Shown one piece after another: positions 1 through 13,712 of a stretch of DNA of 64,000 nucleotides. The stretch's first letter is position 1, and each line of letters opens with the position of its first letter. The stretch is from NCBI RefSeq assembly GCF_037042905.1, contig NC_087251.1:14634001-14698000 (forward strand), written 5' to 3'. The position numbers and the translations under genes are program-made. Below the pieces are notes generated by a model. That model saw only the letters and a list, made by a program, of their open reading frames with translations. It made no database searches and was not told the DNA's origin. Source of the stretch: Lytechinus pictus. Its lineage: Eukaryota.

Positions 1-276
1 TGTTGGATGATGTCTGAATTGAAAAGCTGCAAAACGAGCAGAAATAATCATGATGGGTCAATACAGAACATGATTCTTTTGTCTGTGTCAATAGAGATGA
101 AAATCCATTCAAATCAAGCCCCTGCTTCTGTAGTGATGGAACTGTGAGACCATGGTTTGAGTCGTGGTTTGAAATACCCATGCATGTTTGTTTGTTATGT
201 TTTTGCTTGTGCAGAGGTTTGTTTGATTCCACGTTAATGTTGATGTTAAGGTGCATGGAAACAATTAAAAGAAACC

Positions 277-750
277 GCTGAGAAACTCATTCATCACCAC
301 TGAAAAAAGAACAGTGACTTTCAATATTGTGTCATTTTGCAACTTTTGAATATCGACCTTGCCCCACATTTTAAGGCACTGCACCTCCATGTGAACGATA
401 ATCATATCATGTAGGGTATTATTTTAATGAAAATTAAATGATCTTTTCATTGATATTAATTACACATTGATATTTACTAAAACCGATGAGGAATTATCGA
501 TCAAAGTAAAAAAAAAAACGATGAGAAACTCACTCATCACCAAGGAAAAAAGAACAGTGACTTTCAATACTGTGTCATTTTGCAACTTTTGAATTTTGAC
601 CTTGCCCCACATTTCAAGGCACTGCACCTCTATGTGAACCATAGTCATATCATGTAGGGTATAATTTTAAAGAAAATTAAATGTTCTATTCGTTGCTTTT
701 AATTACACATTGATATTTACTAAAACCGAGGAGGAATTATAGATCAAAGT
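277..750. repeat. Two diverged tandem copies of a ~243-bp unit
   Basis: GAGAAACTCA.TCATCACCA...GAACAGTGACTTTCAATA.TGTGTCATTTTGCAAC at ~279 and ~522. Confidence 0.9.
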
Positions 751-1006
751 CAGATTTCCAAACTTTTTTTGAGGAGTTTATATATATTATATATACATAC
801 ATATATATATATATATATGTATAATTTACATGTAAATAATAAGTGCTGTAGTGAAAACTCAAAATGACTGCCACAGGCCCCTAGCAATATCATGTACAAT
901 TTGAATGGGGACCATTAATATTCACAAAATTACGCTTTGCATAACCATGGAAAGCTAGTTTGTAACATAATCTGTAATTTCTTATGGTATAATGTTAGTA
1001 GTTTAA

Positions 1007-1585
1007 AGGGTTCTCCAGGCTGACAAATTTTTTACATCCAAATAAATAGAGTAAGATTCACAAAGCAAAATGCTGAAAATTTCATCAAACGCTGTTAACA
1101 AATAACGAATTTATTGAATTTTAAAGTTTAGCAAGATTTTTTTAAAACATTTATATGCACATTTTCATGAATATTCATTAGGTAGGTTGATGATGTCACA
1201 TCCCCTCTTTCCTTTTCCTTATGTAATTACATGAAATCATAATTGTTTCATTTTCATACATGTGCGAAAGATATAGGCTCCCTTAAAGTGAAATAAGTTG
1301 CAGCAATAAATATCTAATGCAATAAATCAGTTGTCAATCAAAGTTGTTTGGTTCTTGAGGGGAGAATTGAATAAATAATAATTTCATAGAATAAAATAAA
1401 AAAAAGAACAAATGGGGATATGACATCATCAGTTTGTTCATTGAATATTCACGAAGACATGCCCAGAACTGTTTGACTGAAATAATGCAAATCTTTCAAA
1501 AGTCATAACTTTGTTATTCCTTGTCCGATTTTAATCAAATTTTCAGTGTTTCGTTTGTCTGATTTTTCTTTATCTGTTCAAAACA
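1007..1585. mobile_element. TTAA-AGG-type MITE, right end truncated; related fragments at ~4710-5031 and ~37300-37700
   Basis: Starts TTAA|AGGG; internal inverted motifs TGATGATGTCACATCCCC / GGGGATATGACATCATCA; the related fragment ends TTTCCCT|TTAA near 5031. Confidence 0.55.
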
Positions 1586-1839
1586 TATAATAACTGTATT
1601 ATATACAATATGCATGTTGGAACAGAAATTTGATATGGTATATATGTTGTTTTATTTTTTCATATTCAGCAAACAATAAGGTAGGGGCCAAAGAAAGCCA
1701 ATAATAATTCCGAAAAAATATTACCATACCAAATCTAAACTTTTATCATAATTCATGTTTTCAGACACCATTTCACTAATATTTCGTGGTAAAGAAATGC
1801 AATTTTTTGTCGAAGGTCCACATTCACGTTGTACATAAT

Positions 1840-2817
1840 ATTGTTAGGGCTATGGAGGCCATTTTGGATTGCAAAATACAACAATTGTAGCCTACATAGC
1901 AGATTAATTTATATAATTCATTAGAAATCACATTTCCAGGCAATATTTTCTCACAGATCAAAATTAAATGCATTTTATGCTTTTTACTTTTGTGAAAATT
2001 TATTTAAAAAACATGCATTTTATGGTCAAACAGTGCATCGCTAGGAGCAGCCGTTTTGAATATAAAAATACAGCATTATCACCTGCATGTCACGAGATAT
2101 GATATATTTCGTTAGAAATCATGTTTTCAGGCAAAGTTTTTCCACAGATCAGAATTAAACGCATTTTATCCTTCTCACTATTGTAAAAATTAGTTTCCCC
2201 ATTTGCATTGTACATAATAAAGTTAGGGCCTACGGCGAACATTTTGAACTTTAAAATGCAGCATTTATCACCAACATGACAAACGAAATGATATATCTTG
2301 TTGGAAATCATCTTTTCAGATAGTATTTCACTCATAAATCACAATTATAGGCATTTTATGGTCAAGGATAGTGTAGTTTAGAATTACATTCATTTGAGTG
2401 CTCACTCTTTTGAAAATTGTATCTCTCTGCATTCAGACTGTACATGGGTGAGTATACAGCGGTCTATGGCGGCTATTTTGGATATCAAGAAAAATATAGA
2501 TTTTAAAAGAAAGTCATCTTATAATATTTCACTCATGCGTCACAATGACATGTATTTTATGGTTAATGCATGACTTGCATGTGTTATTTTGTGACTACCA
2601 TGGGTAATTTGCATATTTTGGAGGTCATTTTGCATTTCGCTAATTTGCAGAAAATGCTCAAGGTTACACAAGTGGCATCATTCAGATCGGAATCAGTACC
2701 ATCGAATTGACAAGATCTCATAAAAATATTTTGTGTATATACTGCATATACCCATATATATATATATATATACAAGGTCATGTCACCTCTAGCCTGGTCT
2801 CTAGCCTGCATGGACTA
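1840..2817. repeat. Diverged ~190-bp repeat array, probably the subterminal region of a DNA transposon ending ...GGACTA
   Basis: Recurrent GCCATTTTG / AGAAATCA / CACAGATCA.AATTAAA.GCATTTTAT blocks at ~1858, 2050, 2240, 2470. Confidence 0.55.
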
Positions 2818-3267
2818 TCGTAGGTCATGCAACTTCTTTTTGTATGCGTGCACGCACGCGCGTGAGTGTCTGTGTGTATTTGAATAACAACTTAGACTCT
2901 TTTTAACTTTTCATCAACCACCAATTATATTCAGCCAAATTCTTACTTCTTGTGAATAATTATTATATGCCGAATTTGATAACCAGAAGATGACATAACA
3001 ATTTCAGAGTTTTTATGAATTTTTGTGAGTTCTTTTTAAAATCATTTTTATGCACATTTTTATCTACATATTAATATGTATGGTACGAAATAAAGCAGTC
3101 AAAATGTCTATTAAAAGCGCTTGGCTCTGAAATGTATTCAAATAGATTTTCCAAATGAGAAAAATTACAATATCAACAAATGCACGACATTCAAGGTATA
3201 CATAGTCCGTGGATAGATGGCGCTAGACAGCAATTGTTTACCAATACGGAGACAATATAGTCACTAA

Positions 3268-3479
3268 TACCTAGTTCACATTGTCACGATTCGTGCCCCG
3301 ATTGAAACGGAGATCTTAAACGTAAAGTAATCGTAATGATTTTATCAGATCGCATTAGATCAGTCGAGGCGATCGTACTGATCGTAGAAAAAATCGAATG
3401 GCGAACAAATTTTAACGATCAGTTACGAAAGGCCGATCGTGACGTTCGTAGCGGATCGCACGACAGTGTGAACGAAGTA
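3268..3479. mobile_element. PIF/Harbinger-like MITE, 212 bp
   Basis: Imperfect TIR TACCTAGTTCACATTGTC / GACAGTGTGAACGAAGTA; TAA on both flanks; internal GATCG repeats. Confidence 0.75.
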
Positions 3480-4256
3480 TAACCTTTTTTCTCACTTCAT
3501 GGTTTAGTAAATTTAAAGTCCTTTTTGTATTTACAGTCCTTTGTGTGTTTATGAAGTGGAAATGATTGCTTATTCTGCAACTGTATTTTCTTTATTATTA
3601 TTTATTCTTTATCTCTAAAATTATAATATTTTTCTCTAAACCCCCTTCTATCTATCAATAATGTTTATGCCCCTTTCATTTCCTTTAATTTTAAGAGTTA
3701 GCACTTAGTCACAAACGTTTGTTTTAAATGCACTTTCCAGAATCTTCAAATTACACAATTTGTTTTGGAATGACGGCCCCGATAAAGCACAGGCCCGTCA
3801 ATGAAAAAAAAACAAATCGCAAATGTATCATGAAGCATTTCATCCAGGAATAATATGCTGTAAAGCGCTTTGGGCCATTATGGGAAAGGCGTTATATAAA
3901 AAAATAGCTAAAATAGCTATTAATATCGTTTCGTGTATATTGGACACCATTATCAAAAGACACGGAATATGTAAGTCATAACGTTGTTCTTAGCAAACGT
4001 TGGCAGTGAAATTGTAAACAAAAATTGACACCAAGTTGAAAGAAGCAATTGTTCTTTTTGATCCATTTGGAACTCTGCAGACATAAGAATACTTTCGTCA
4101 ATTGGCGCCTTATTCAACCTTTCCCGATCATTCACAGCATTGCTACTGGCTACCGCAAAGTAGGTCACTCACTTATCATCCCCATTACCTTCCTGCGCCT
4201 TGCCCCCCCCCCCCCATTCTCTCTCTTTCCCCCTCTATCTCTACCCCTCTCTCCAC

Positions 4257-4288
<32 letters not shown>

Positions 4289-7137
4289 TTCCCGCCACAA
4301 GAAGTATTGTCAGCCGGATGTGCGAACGTCAACCAATGTCACGTGACAGAATGAATGATCATGTGTTCCTTAACAGATAAGGTGAATTGGTGACCTTCAC
4401 CATCCATCACCCAGAAAAACACTCTTCTCTAGGCTCACACCATTTATATCCAGCATTACCTTTGAATGGTCTATTCTTGATGACTCATCATACTTTGGAC
4501 GAACCAGGTCAACTCATTTCCGATTTCGTATTTGGGAAGTCAACTGTCAACCGACTAATGTGCATATTTCAGTGGATAATTTCTGTTTTTTGTTTTGATA
4601 ACAATTACATTTCATAGGAGGTAAAAAGCATATCCGGGCAACAATATCGTTTCTCAACAAGCTCGTTCTTAGGGTAAAATATTGGTGAAAGTTTGATGAA
4701 AGACAATCAAAGAATAAGAGAGTTATGAATTTCTCAAAAATTTCATTTGTAACGTCATATGCGATCAAGCTTCCGCTTACATGTAATATTAATTCCATAA
4801 ATTCATTTTTTACGAAACGTGAAGAACAAAAATATTTCTTTGTAGAAGGGGATATGAAATGACGTGTCTTAATATGATAAATGGAGGAATTCTTATCTAT
4901 GATGTCACAAAGTCAAACTTTTAAAATTCAATAACTCAGTTATTCTTCCACGGATTTCCATCAAACATTTACTTTTTTCTTTTTCTGCTTGTATAAAACC
5001 CAATTTTTGCTAGGGTGTACTTTCCCTTTAAGGCATTGAGCAAAAATCAATAGGATCCGTCAGATCTATAAAATCAAGTGTATTCAAGATAATATTAAGT
5101 GTTTACACATGGAATTTTAATGCATATGTTTATAAAGAGACTTTAATCATGTTAACATTTTACCTGTACATAACAAATCCTAAAAGGCAACGAAGTCAAC
5201 TAAGATTTCCTTTGGAACTCAAATCATGACTATTAAAATCCAATATCCAACAAGAACAAACGATAACTTTCGGTAACAGAAATATGTATGTCGCATATAA
5301 GAACATATTAATGAAATACCTTAGGCTATGCATTTCGAGTGTTGGCTGGAGCATGGATGCTCGATGCGGATATTCATTTTTCTCCAGGGCACACACCACT
5401 AACTATTTCCCCATAGACTCATGTGTTAAAAATGAGATTTGAAAAAATCGCCAAAAATTAGTCTTAGAAATGACATCATCCACACCTTTATCATTTGGTA
5501 GTGTATCCAATATCCTTCAAATGCTAAAGATATGAAAAGGTGTTTTTCAATATTTTTTCGCGCTACATGGGCTCAAACCAAGACTACGTGCAAACTTGGT
5601 TGCAGTCACAGTGCTCACTGGGTTTCTTGGGCAACTAATTAAGTTCCCATAAAACCCAGCATTGACCAATTACTGCTCTCCCATGGGACTGAACAGATCC
5701 AGTAGTAATCCCTCTCTATGCCCATATGAAAAAAATTGTTCAGATATGCACCGTTGATTTTATATGAATATTTTTCCAACCATTACATCATTTTAGGTAC
5801 GGGTCTAAAGGGGATTCCCGAAATTGCCGGATCCTATTAGTGGTGTGCGCCCTCCAGCCTGAAATCTCCCTTGGCAAGTTCTCTCACTGCCTGTTCGTGA
5901 ACAGGTGAGAGCGCCATCCCAATCAAATTCTTCCTTATTTTGAGCCAGAGTGAAGAAGTTAGAGAATCACCGAACATTGCTGACGAAAAGTGAAGCGTTC
6001 CCTTTTTCAATTCTGATGAGGGCTTCCGTGTGATTACAAAACATACCTTTGAAGTGATGTGAACCTTTTGTTTGTGTGGGGGTTTCTGTGTTTGCCTTTG
6101 GGGGTATATATGCAGTTGGAATATGAAATAATTATCTTGGTTTTATGTAATACGAATTGTTGATTCATTCATATTAGAATTGCAAATTATGTAATCCATC
6201 CCCTAGCTTACATGGTACTTAGCATCTGTACTTAGTATATACGAAATTAATTAATTGTCAGTAGTCTACAAGTTCTTTCCGATAAAGTAGGAGCGATTAG
6301 AGAAAAATATCTATGAATGTTAAAAGATTATGAACCAAAAAATGATATAGCTATATGCCCACACACCTACATGCTTCACATATATCTCCACCCTCACATA
6401 TACTCTATCTCACTCAGACACTCACACACACCACCACTCAAATGCACCAATACCTTTCCAAAATCCACACGACTCATACAATCATATTCAGACCCCAATC
6501 CACACCCACACATCTTATCAAATCCTCAATCACACAATCCCATACTCGCACACAACCTTGTCCTTACACATGCTACACATCTCACTCATATTATCCATAC
6601 CGTCATATTTTAGGAAATTTCCAAAACGTTCAAATACTCAGATACACCCTCGCCCACACCACCACGCGTTTCACACACCTCCACACTCTCCCATCATATC
6701 AAAATTTCTATCACACTAAAAAACTTGCACACATACTCACACCTGTGAAGACACATTAGCTTTACACATCCACACGTTTTGCACGATCTCACACCCTCAC
6801 ATCCGCACTCACATACTCCCACACATCATTGAACTTTTCACTTAACCACACAAAATATACATCTACAAGCCTCACACATATCCACAACTTCGTAACTCAT
6901 CAAATCTTCTAGTCCGCGCACTCACATCCTATCCATCACACTCACATAATTACAAACACAACCTTGCACCAACACATGCCACATTATTAACCTCACTTTC
7001 ATATTTTTTTATCAGATCCCCCATCACGTTCATGTACTCAGTGTCAGACACACCCGCACCCACATCACCACATGACTCACACACACACCCAACCCTATTG
7101 CATCCTATCAAATCCTCTGTTACACGCGCACACACAC

Positions 7138-7399
7138 TAATAGCGTAATGATACAAAAATCTTAAGGGGTCAGACATCGCATATGAGGCAAAATTTCTAA
7201 AGAAGGTGGGAATGAGCGAAGCGAGCGAGCAAACATTTTGACACAAAAATCAAATTTCATGATAGATTTTGATATGTTATTCAGAAAATAATACCATATT
7301 TTGCCCTTTTTCCTCCTTTACTTTTCTTTCTTTTCCTGTTTAATAGTCATGAAAATGTTGGGGGTCCATGGCCCTCCCGCCACCGCTTGTGCGCCAGTG
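7138..7399. mobile_element. Degenerate hAT-like MITE
   Basis: Ends TAATAGCGTA / TGCGCCAGTG flanked by ACACACAC on both sides; internal GAGCGAAGCGAGC motif shared with the 12258 element. Confidence 0.5.
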
Positions 7400-7499
7400 A
7401 CACACACACATACCGTCGCATTCCAATTGTAACAAACATGCCCACTTTCTCCCGATTATCTCTCACTTACCAGATTAGACAATCTCTATTATTACCTAT

Positions 7500-8130
7500 A
7501 CAAGGTATTTAAGCAGATAAATAAAAGTCATATTTCGCCCGCTACTTTCAAGCCGAGACCGACGAGGTAAACATTTGCCATGTTGCCCTTAGCCCATAGG
7601 AATCCTGTACAAAACAGAGGGCAATATTGGCCATATTTCTGCTAGTGCGCTTGCGCAGTAGGAGCCGATTTTGATCGCTAGTTTCAGTATTTGAGAAATC
7701 TGGCTGGAACCAGTTTATGAACAAACGCATAATGCGCGGCGCGGCCAGTGCATACACAAACGTAACCCAAGCGCAAGATTTGTACCCGTTGAGTGTATGT
7801 GCGCGCCATGCATGATGCGCGACTGAAATGTAACAATTACGTCACAATCGCTTATTAAGGATTACTTCGCTATATAAGGTCGTGAATAACCTGAAATCAG
7901 AAATAGTGATGAGCAAACAGGCATATAAAGTGTTTCAAATAGTAGCTTGAATTACACATTGTACAGCCTTAAGTAATAATAACAATATTGACTGGCTCTT
8001 CTTTCGGGAAACATCAAATATGTCGCCCTAAAAAAAAACATATTGCCCTCGTCTAAAGACTCGGGCCAATATGATTCTGTTGCGGGTGACATATTTGATG
8101 TTCCCCTCAAGGACAGTCAATATTATATAA
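7500..8130. mobile_element. Non-autonomous element with long subterminal hairpin (Crypton- or Helitron-like; class uncertain)
   Basis: Nested inverted repeat 7984-8124 (AATATTGACTG/CAGTCAATATT; AACATCAAATATGTC/GACATATTTGATGTT); left boundary approximate. Confidence 0.5.
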
Positions 8131-11006
8131 ATACAATAGTTCAATAGTTCTGAAAAATTAATTAAGAGATAGTGAGAAAAGGGTAGGAGAAAAACAAATT
8201 AGAAAAGAAAATATTCCAGTTATTTTTACCTTAAAAGATAAAACCAAAAAAAATCTTAACATCTTAAATTTCAATACAAGAAAGGGATTTTAAAATAGAA
8301 ATCTATGACGAAAAGAAATTTAGTAATTTCCTTTAAGAAAAACGAAAGAAAATGTATTTCAATGACGTCATAAATCTCCCATCTGCCTAAAAAATCACTA
8401 TATCACTAAAACCAATAGACAGTACAACACAAGAGAAAATATCATTAACTTTGCCATATTGTATTGTAGTTAGTTTATTTGTTTTACTGTTTTATTTTTC
8501 TTGTTATATTCCAATCAATTTGCAGGTGAAGTATCGATTTGATTACAATTAGTCTTGTAGATTATCACATCCCCACTTCCCGTTTTGAGAAGCATTACAT
8601 GTCTTATAAACTGATATTTATCAACTTTGCCTTATTCCTTTACGATCCCACTGTAGATATCCTTGTCATATTACGATTTATCCGGAAGACGCTCAATATC
8701 AGGTCTACTTCTATTATTATACCTCCTCCCTCCCTGGGGCGAAATAAAGAAAAATTGCGGCTTAAACAAAAAGGAGAAATCTTTCTGTCTTTATATCCGT
8801 ATCTGAACTTTTACTCGCTCGTTTAATATAGTTCCAATCTAATCTATTTCACCTCTTTCCCTCTCTCTGACTGCATTCTCTCCCACCCCCGTCGACATAC
8901 TTTCCCTCTCTTTTTCCCTTTGTCTGTCTCTCAACCACTATCTATCACGTCCCCTCACGTAGTCCCCTACTCATCCCCTTCTCTCCCCTTTCTCTCTTTC
9001 TCTCTTTCTCTCTCTCTTCTCTCTCCCTCCTTTCTCTTCCTATTTGTTTTCTACCTCTAAACTATATATCTTTATCCATATTTATCTCTATATCTTTTTC
9101 CAGCTCCCACTCTGCTGTAATCCTTTTTCTGCTAGAATGCACTCTCCATGTTCTTCGATGGGTATGTGGGTGACACACAATGAACTTAAAGTCTCTTCCG
9201 CATCAGTTCATAAACCTTGAGCTACAATTGCATTTGGTCAGGGTTGGCGCCACATGGAGCAGGAGCCGAACGCATCCCACCTCCCGGGATTTTGCAAACA
9301 ATTTTACTATTTTATATGAAGAAAGAGGGGAAACAGGACATTGATTTAAAAAATCTAACAAAAGATAATCACTGAAAAGAGATGATTCGTCGGGGGACTA
9401 CTTTCTTTACTATTTTGGTTTTTATAAAGGAAAACATACATGTACATCACATTTATTTGCATTGCAAACAAAGTCAAAATGCACTGGCGTCGCCCTTTTT
9501 TATATCCCTTTTTCAGTAAATCAGCCATAGTGATTCCCCGAAAAGGGGTTTTCACGGTTACGGTTTTGACAACCACCGGACATGCCGGAGAGCGGCTTTG
9601 ATTTTTAAATTGATATTTTGTTCGGGCGGTAATTGTTCCTTCCTCGTCATGAAAATCATATTTTGGTCAAACGCATTACTCTTTACCCTAAAAAAGCATG
9701 TATATCTGTCTCTCACATACATCTTTTCCTGCCCTGTTTCTATAACACATCCTCAGACATACGCACACCCCACACACGTTATCCCTCCCCCCCCCCCCTC
9801 TCCCTCTCTCTTCTCTCTTTCCCTCCCTCTCTTTCTCTCTGTCTCCTCTAGCACTTTCAGTCTCACTCTACTTAGTTTCATTATTTAACCCTTAAGCTGC
9901 TCTGTCAGATCATTATCATCTCATATGATCACCGATCTCCTGTTCTTCGCCCACCGATGACCGATGTTACAGCGAGTGAAACTTACCCAAATTTCGTCTT
10001 TATCTCATGGTGACGAAAATACAGACGAGAGTATTCCAGCTAAGCAACCCTTTTTTTCCAACGTACCACATTTTACGCTATTAAGGTGTTCGTAATCTGC
10101 AGTAGAAATTGTACGGAAGGTAAGCATAAATTATCTATGGTAACATGGTAATATTCCCTTTTTCTTGAATTAACAGTAGTCAATTTCTGCAATTGCAATG
10201 ATAATTATTTGTTTCATTTATAGTTAATTAATTTGTTCGAGACTTTAAAAGGGTTTTCAAGAAAGTAATGTCTAGATGTTAACATGTACATAATTATCTG
10301 CCAAGTCCACATCAGGGGCTGATCGGCAAACCGTAGAAAGTAGATTTTTAAATCACTTTTCCAGCTTAACCAGTTCAATGTTTAGAAAAGAAGGTAGACA
10401 TAATATGGATTAAAGTATATATGGAGAGAAAAAAAACAGATATGTGAATATATAGACAGATTGGAAGATAGATAAAGATAGATGTAGTATTTCAGCAATA
10501 AGAAGTAAAACTAAAGGGTATCTAAGCTAGATTAGATTACGTTAGACAGGAAGCAATGTCATCTTTACTGTTAGTTGCAACTTTAAAGACACCTTAATTT
10601 CTATCGGCCGTTCGATTGATGGCTGATTTGTCCTCAGTTGTAATATTGTTTAACTGGATAATCTTAATAATCTTATTTCAATGCTGATTATCACTTAAAT
10701 ATATAAATGTATATTTATCATTTGTAGGTTATGGCTATGATAAAACGAGGAATTATATTGTTTATTTTGTAAGGGTCCCTATACGAAACACTCAAAATTG
10801 CTTAGTCATGTAGTTTTCTGTGAATATTGAAGATACGGTTTCGGATGTTATTTCCGTAAAATTGATAGATCGTATATGGATAAGCTATAACCATGATAAC
10901 AGCACCCCAGCTACGCGTAGCGGTTTCATGTCGGTAATATTCCAATTTTTCCAGAAGAAAAATTAATCTACCATATTCAGATAGCAGTTTTTTCTCCTAT
11001 TTGTAA

Positions 11007-12181
11007 AGGCCTGGTCACACCGCCCGAGCGTTGTTGGAGCGGTCGTGGAGCGGAGAGAAAAAATCATCACCGCTCGCTACCGTTAACCACCGTTTAACCA
11101 AAGTTGGCCTCCGTTAAGGCAACGCCGAATACGCTCGGCCACCGCTGATGCTCCCTCCTACCGCTCCGAAAGTTTTGAGCTGCTCAAAATATTGCGAGCG
11201 TTGAGGAGCGGGCAATATTCCGCTCCAGCAAAGTTGACTACCGCTCTAACAACGCCCAGTCAAAGTTTGGCACCTCTAGACGAAAGTTCGTGAACGCTTG
11301 GGTCCGCTAGGCCAACGCAGAAATCTTGAAGGCTGGACAACCGCTGCTTCGCCAGCGTTGCCCGGCCGGTGATTAAACGGTTCACAAACTTTGGTGAAGC
11401 GGTTGTAAGCGTTTTCCGAGCGGACACGGGATTGCTGGAACGGTGCTGGGCGTTAAAGTAGCGATCCATTGCGGTGATGAACCTTGGTTAAGCGTTGGTA
11501 AGGAGGTGTCGGAGCGGTACCAGAATTTGGCTATAAATACGGGGAGAAATGAATAAGGAGCTCATTTGGAATCAAGCTGCAGATTAAAGTATTTTTTTAA
11601 TCTAATGATCATTTTGATGCCATAAAATTATTTTCAGGATCTCATACACACTTTTTAGGCATGTGAGAAGCATAAACCAACATTCAGTCTGATCAATCTT
11701 AAAGTAACACATAACACAAAGTTTATATACTTCACATTGTTTAGCGTAATTTTTCTTTTCACAGATAGGTTTTAAGCAGCCAATCAAAATTTGGTATCAA
11801 AGTGACGTCATATGGGCTTTAAATTATGTTCAGTCGATTCTACGCCCAAAATTACCCTTAATCTACATGTTAAAGTAAAAATATAACACGGAAAATAATT
11901 TTGGCGCACTTTCAACTCATTCTGGCCCACTGTACGACGCCCGCATGCGCAGAACTCCGCTCTATCAACGCTCGAGTCACCGCTAAACCAACGCTCGCCA
12001 CCGTTAAACCAACGCTAAAGCTACGCTGGCTTCAGCGGTGCACCGCTAAGGCAACGCCCATGTTTTCGATTTTGTTCCCCAATTTTGTGAGCGGTGACGA
12101 GCGAGCGTTGTCGAAATTCGACCCTCTCTCCCTACCGCTCCACGACCGCTCGAACAACGCTCGGGCGGTGTGACCAGGCCT
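11007..12181. mobile_element. PIF/Harbinger-like non-autonomous element, ~1.17 kb
   Basis: TIR AGGCCTGGTCACACCGCCCGAGCGTTGTT... with reverse complement at the right end; TAA TSD on both sides; GC-rich subterminal repeats. Confidence 0.88.
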
Positions 12182-12257
12182 TAAAGTAAGGTGGATCTCT
12201 TTGTTATTTCAGAAGATAAAAATAAAAGTGATCATGTACCTGTTGTAAGTATATGAA

Positions 12258-12983
12258 CGGTGGAGTATTTACAGGGGGCACGTGCCCCCCCCCCCCCCCC
12301 CCCCCGCCATCGGCTGGCCAAAAGAAAAAAACGGGGGAAAGGGAGAAAAAAGAGAAACGTAGTGGGCGAAGAAACAATTATTGTATGTTATATTAGGTTA
12401 TATTATATATATATATATATATGTGTGAGGGTGTATGTGTGTGGGTGGGAGTGTGTGTGTAGTGTGTAAATGCCCCTCTTCAGGTCTGTATTTGAAAAAA
12501 ATTGAGCTCACGCTTCGCGCTCGTAATATTTGACGAGTGAGAAACGTATTATGTTCATGATTTCATTGACTACAAAAAGTGCTTCATGTGTTTACGTGTA
12601 ATTGTAACGAAATCAGCAAGCGCTTGGCGATCGCTTTAGAGACTATTGTGGGATATGTATGCTCTTCATGAATTCCTAAAAAATAGTGTTTAAAAAATCC
12701 CTGTTTGGATATATAAATATACAAAATTCAGATCCCCAAAAAGAACATGATAATATATTTTTTTGGGGGGTCTGAATATCCAAAATTTTCAGCTCGCCCT
12801 TCGCGCACGCATTATTTGATCAGTGAGACACATGTCCTTTCAAAGGCACAGTCCTTAAAATGTCTCTTATTAGGTTAGTATACCTGGCAATTAAGCGCGC
12901 TTTGCGCGCCAAATAAGTGACTAAAATTTTGTTGCTGGTGACCCCCCCCCCCCCCCCCCATTGTGACCCACGGTACGCCACTG
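12258..12983. mobile_element. hAT-like MITE, 726 bp
   Basis: Ends CGGTGGAGTA.../...TACGCCACTG; perfect 8-bp TSD TATATGAA (12250-12257, 12984-12991); poly-C tracts. Confidence 0.85.
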
Positions 12984-13712
12984 TATATGAATATGACTAT
13001 AATTCACCACAGTCAATAAGTAAGACAGGTAAAACATATAAACGTACTGAATGGTATTCAACATTATAACAGGCTTATTTCTTTGCCATATCACTACTAG
13101 TTACTCCCCAATAACTACAGTACGGATAAAGTAAAACCATGGATCTACTACATGTTTTGAGCCTCCACTCCTCATTTTTAAATTTGTTTTGCACCTGTTT
13201 TATTTCTAGTGAAAGTGCATTCAAATTGCTTGTTGCAGATTATCGTGATATTTGCATGAAGCAAGGTCTAATCCCGCACCCTTACCCATTTTAGAAGAAA
13301 ACGTTATTGTAAAATACCTCTGCGTCTCTGCCAACGACCCTCACACGAGTAAAAGTTTTTGCTTTTGTGGCAACAACCCAGCCAACTTTCACCAATTATG
13401 CTGTGGACTTATAATGGTATTCTTTTTCAAGGTTGATTCGCAGCATGTGATGGAAAAGAATCTCTTACAGATAAAACTAAAGAAAATATTCAAAAATATA
13501 TTAAATGAGAAATAAAATCAAATTAGTAATAAAATATTGACTAATAAGCATGAAGAAATATGAAAAAATATTGCACTTTGGGAAAATGATTATAATAATA
13601 ATAATACTGACATTTTCAACAGAATATTTCAAATAATTAACCTGAATTAACTTGATTGTAGTTGATTGCAGAAGTTTCTATATTTGTTTAATAAAAAAAA
13701 TGGCGGATGGAA

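Noticed and set aside
6013..6045. CTGATGAG... hammerhead-like motif
   Set aside because: No GAAA core and poor stem II; at best a heavily decayed remnant.
6317..7246. His/Thr-rich ORFs
   Set aside because: Degenerate CA-rich simple sequence.
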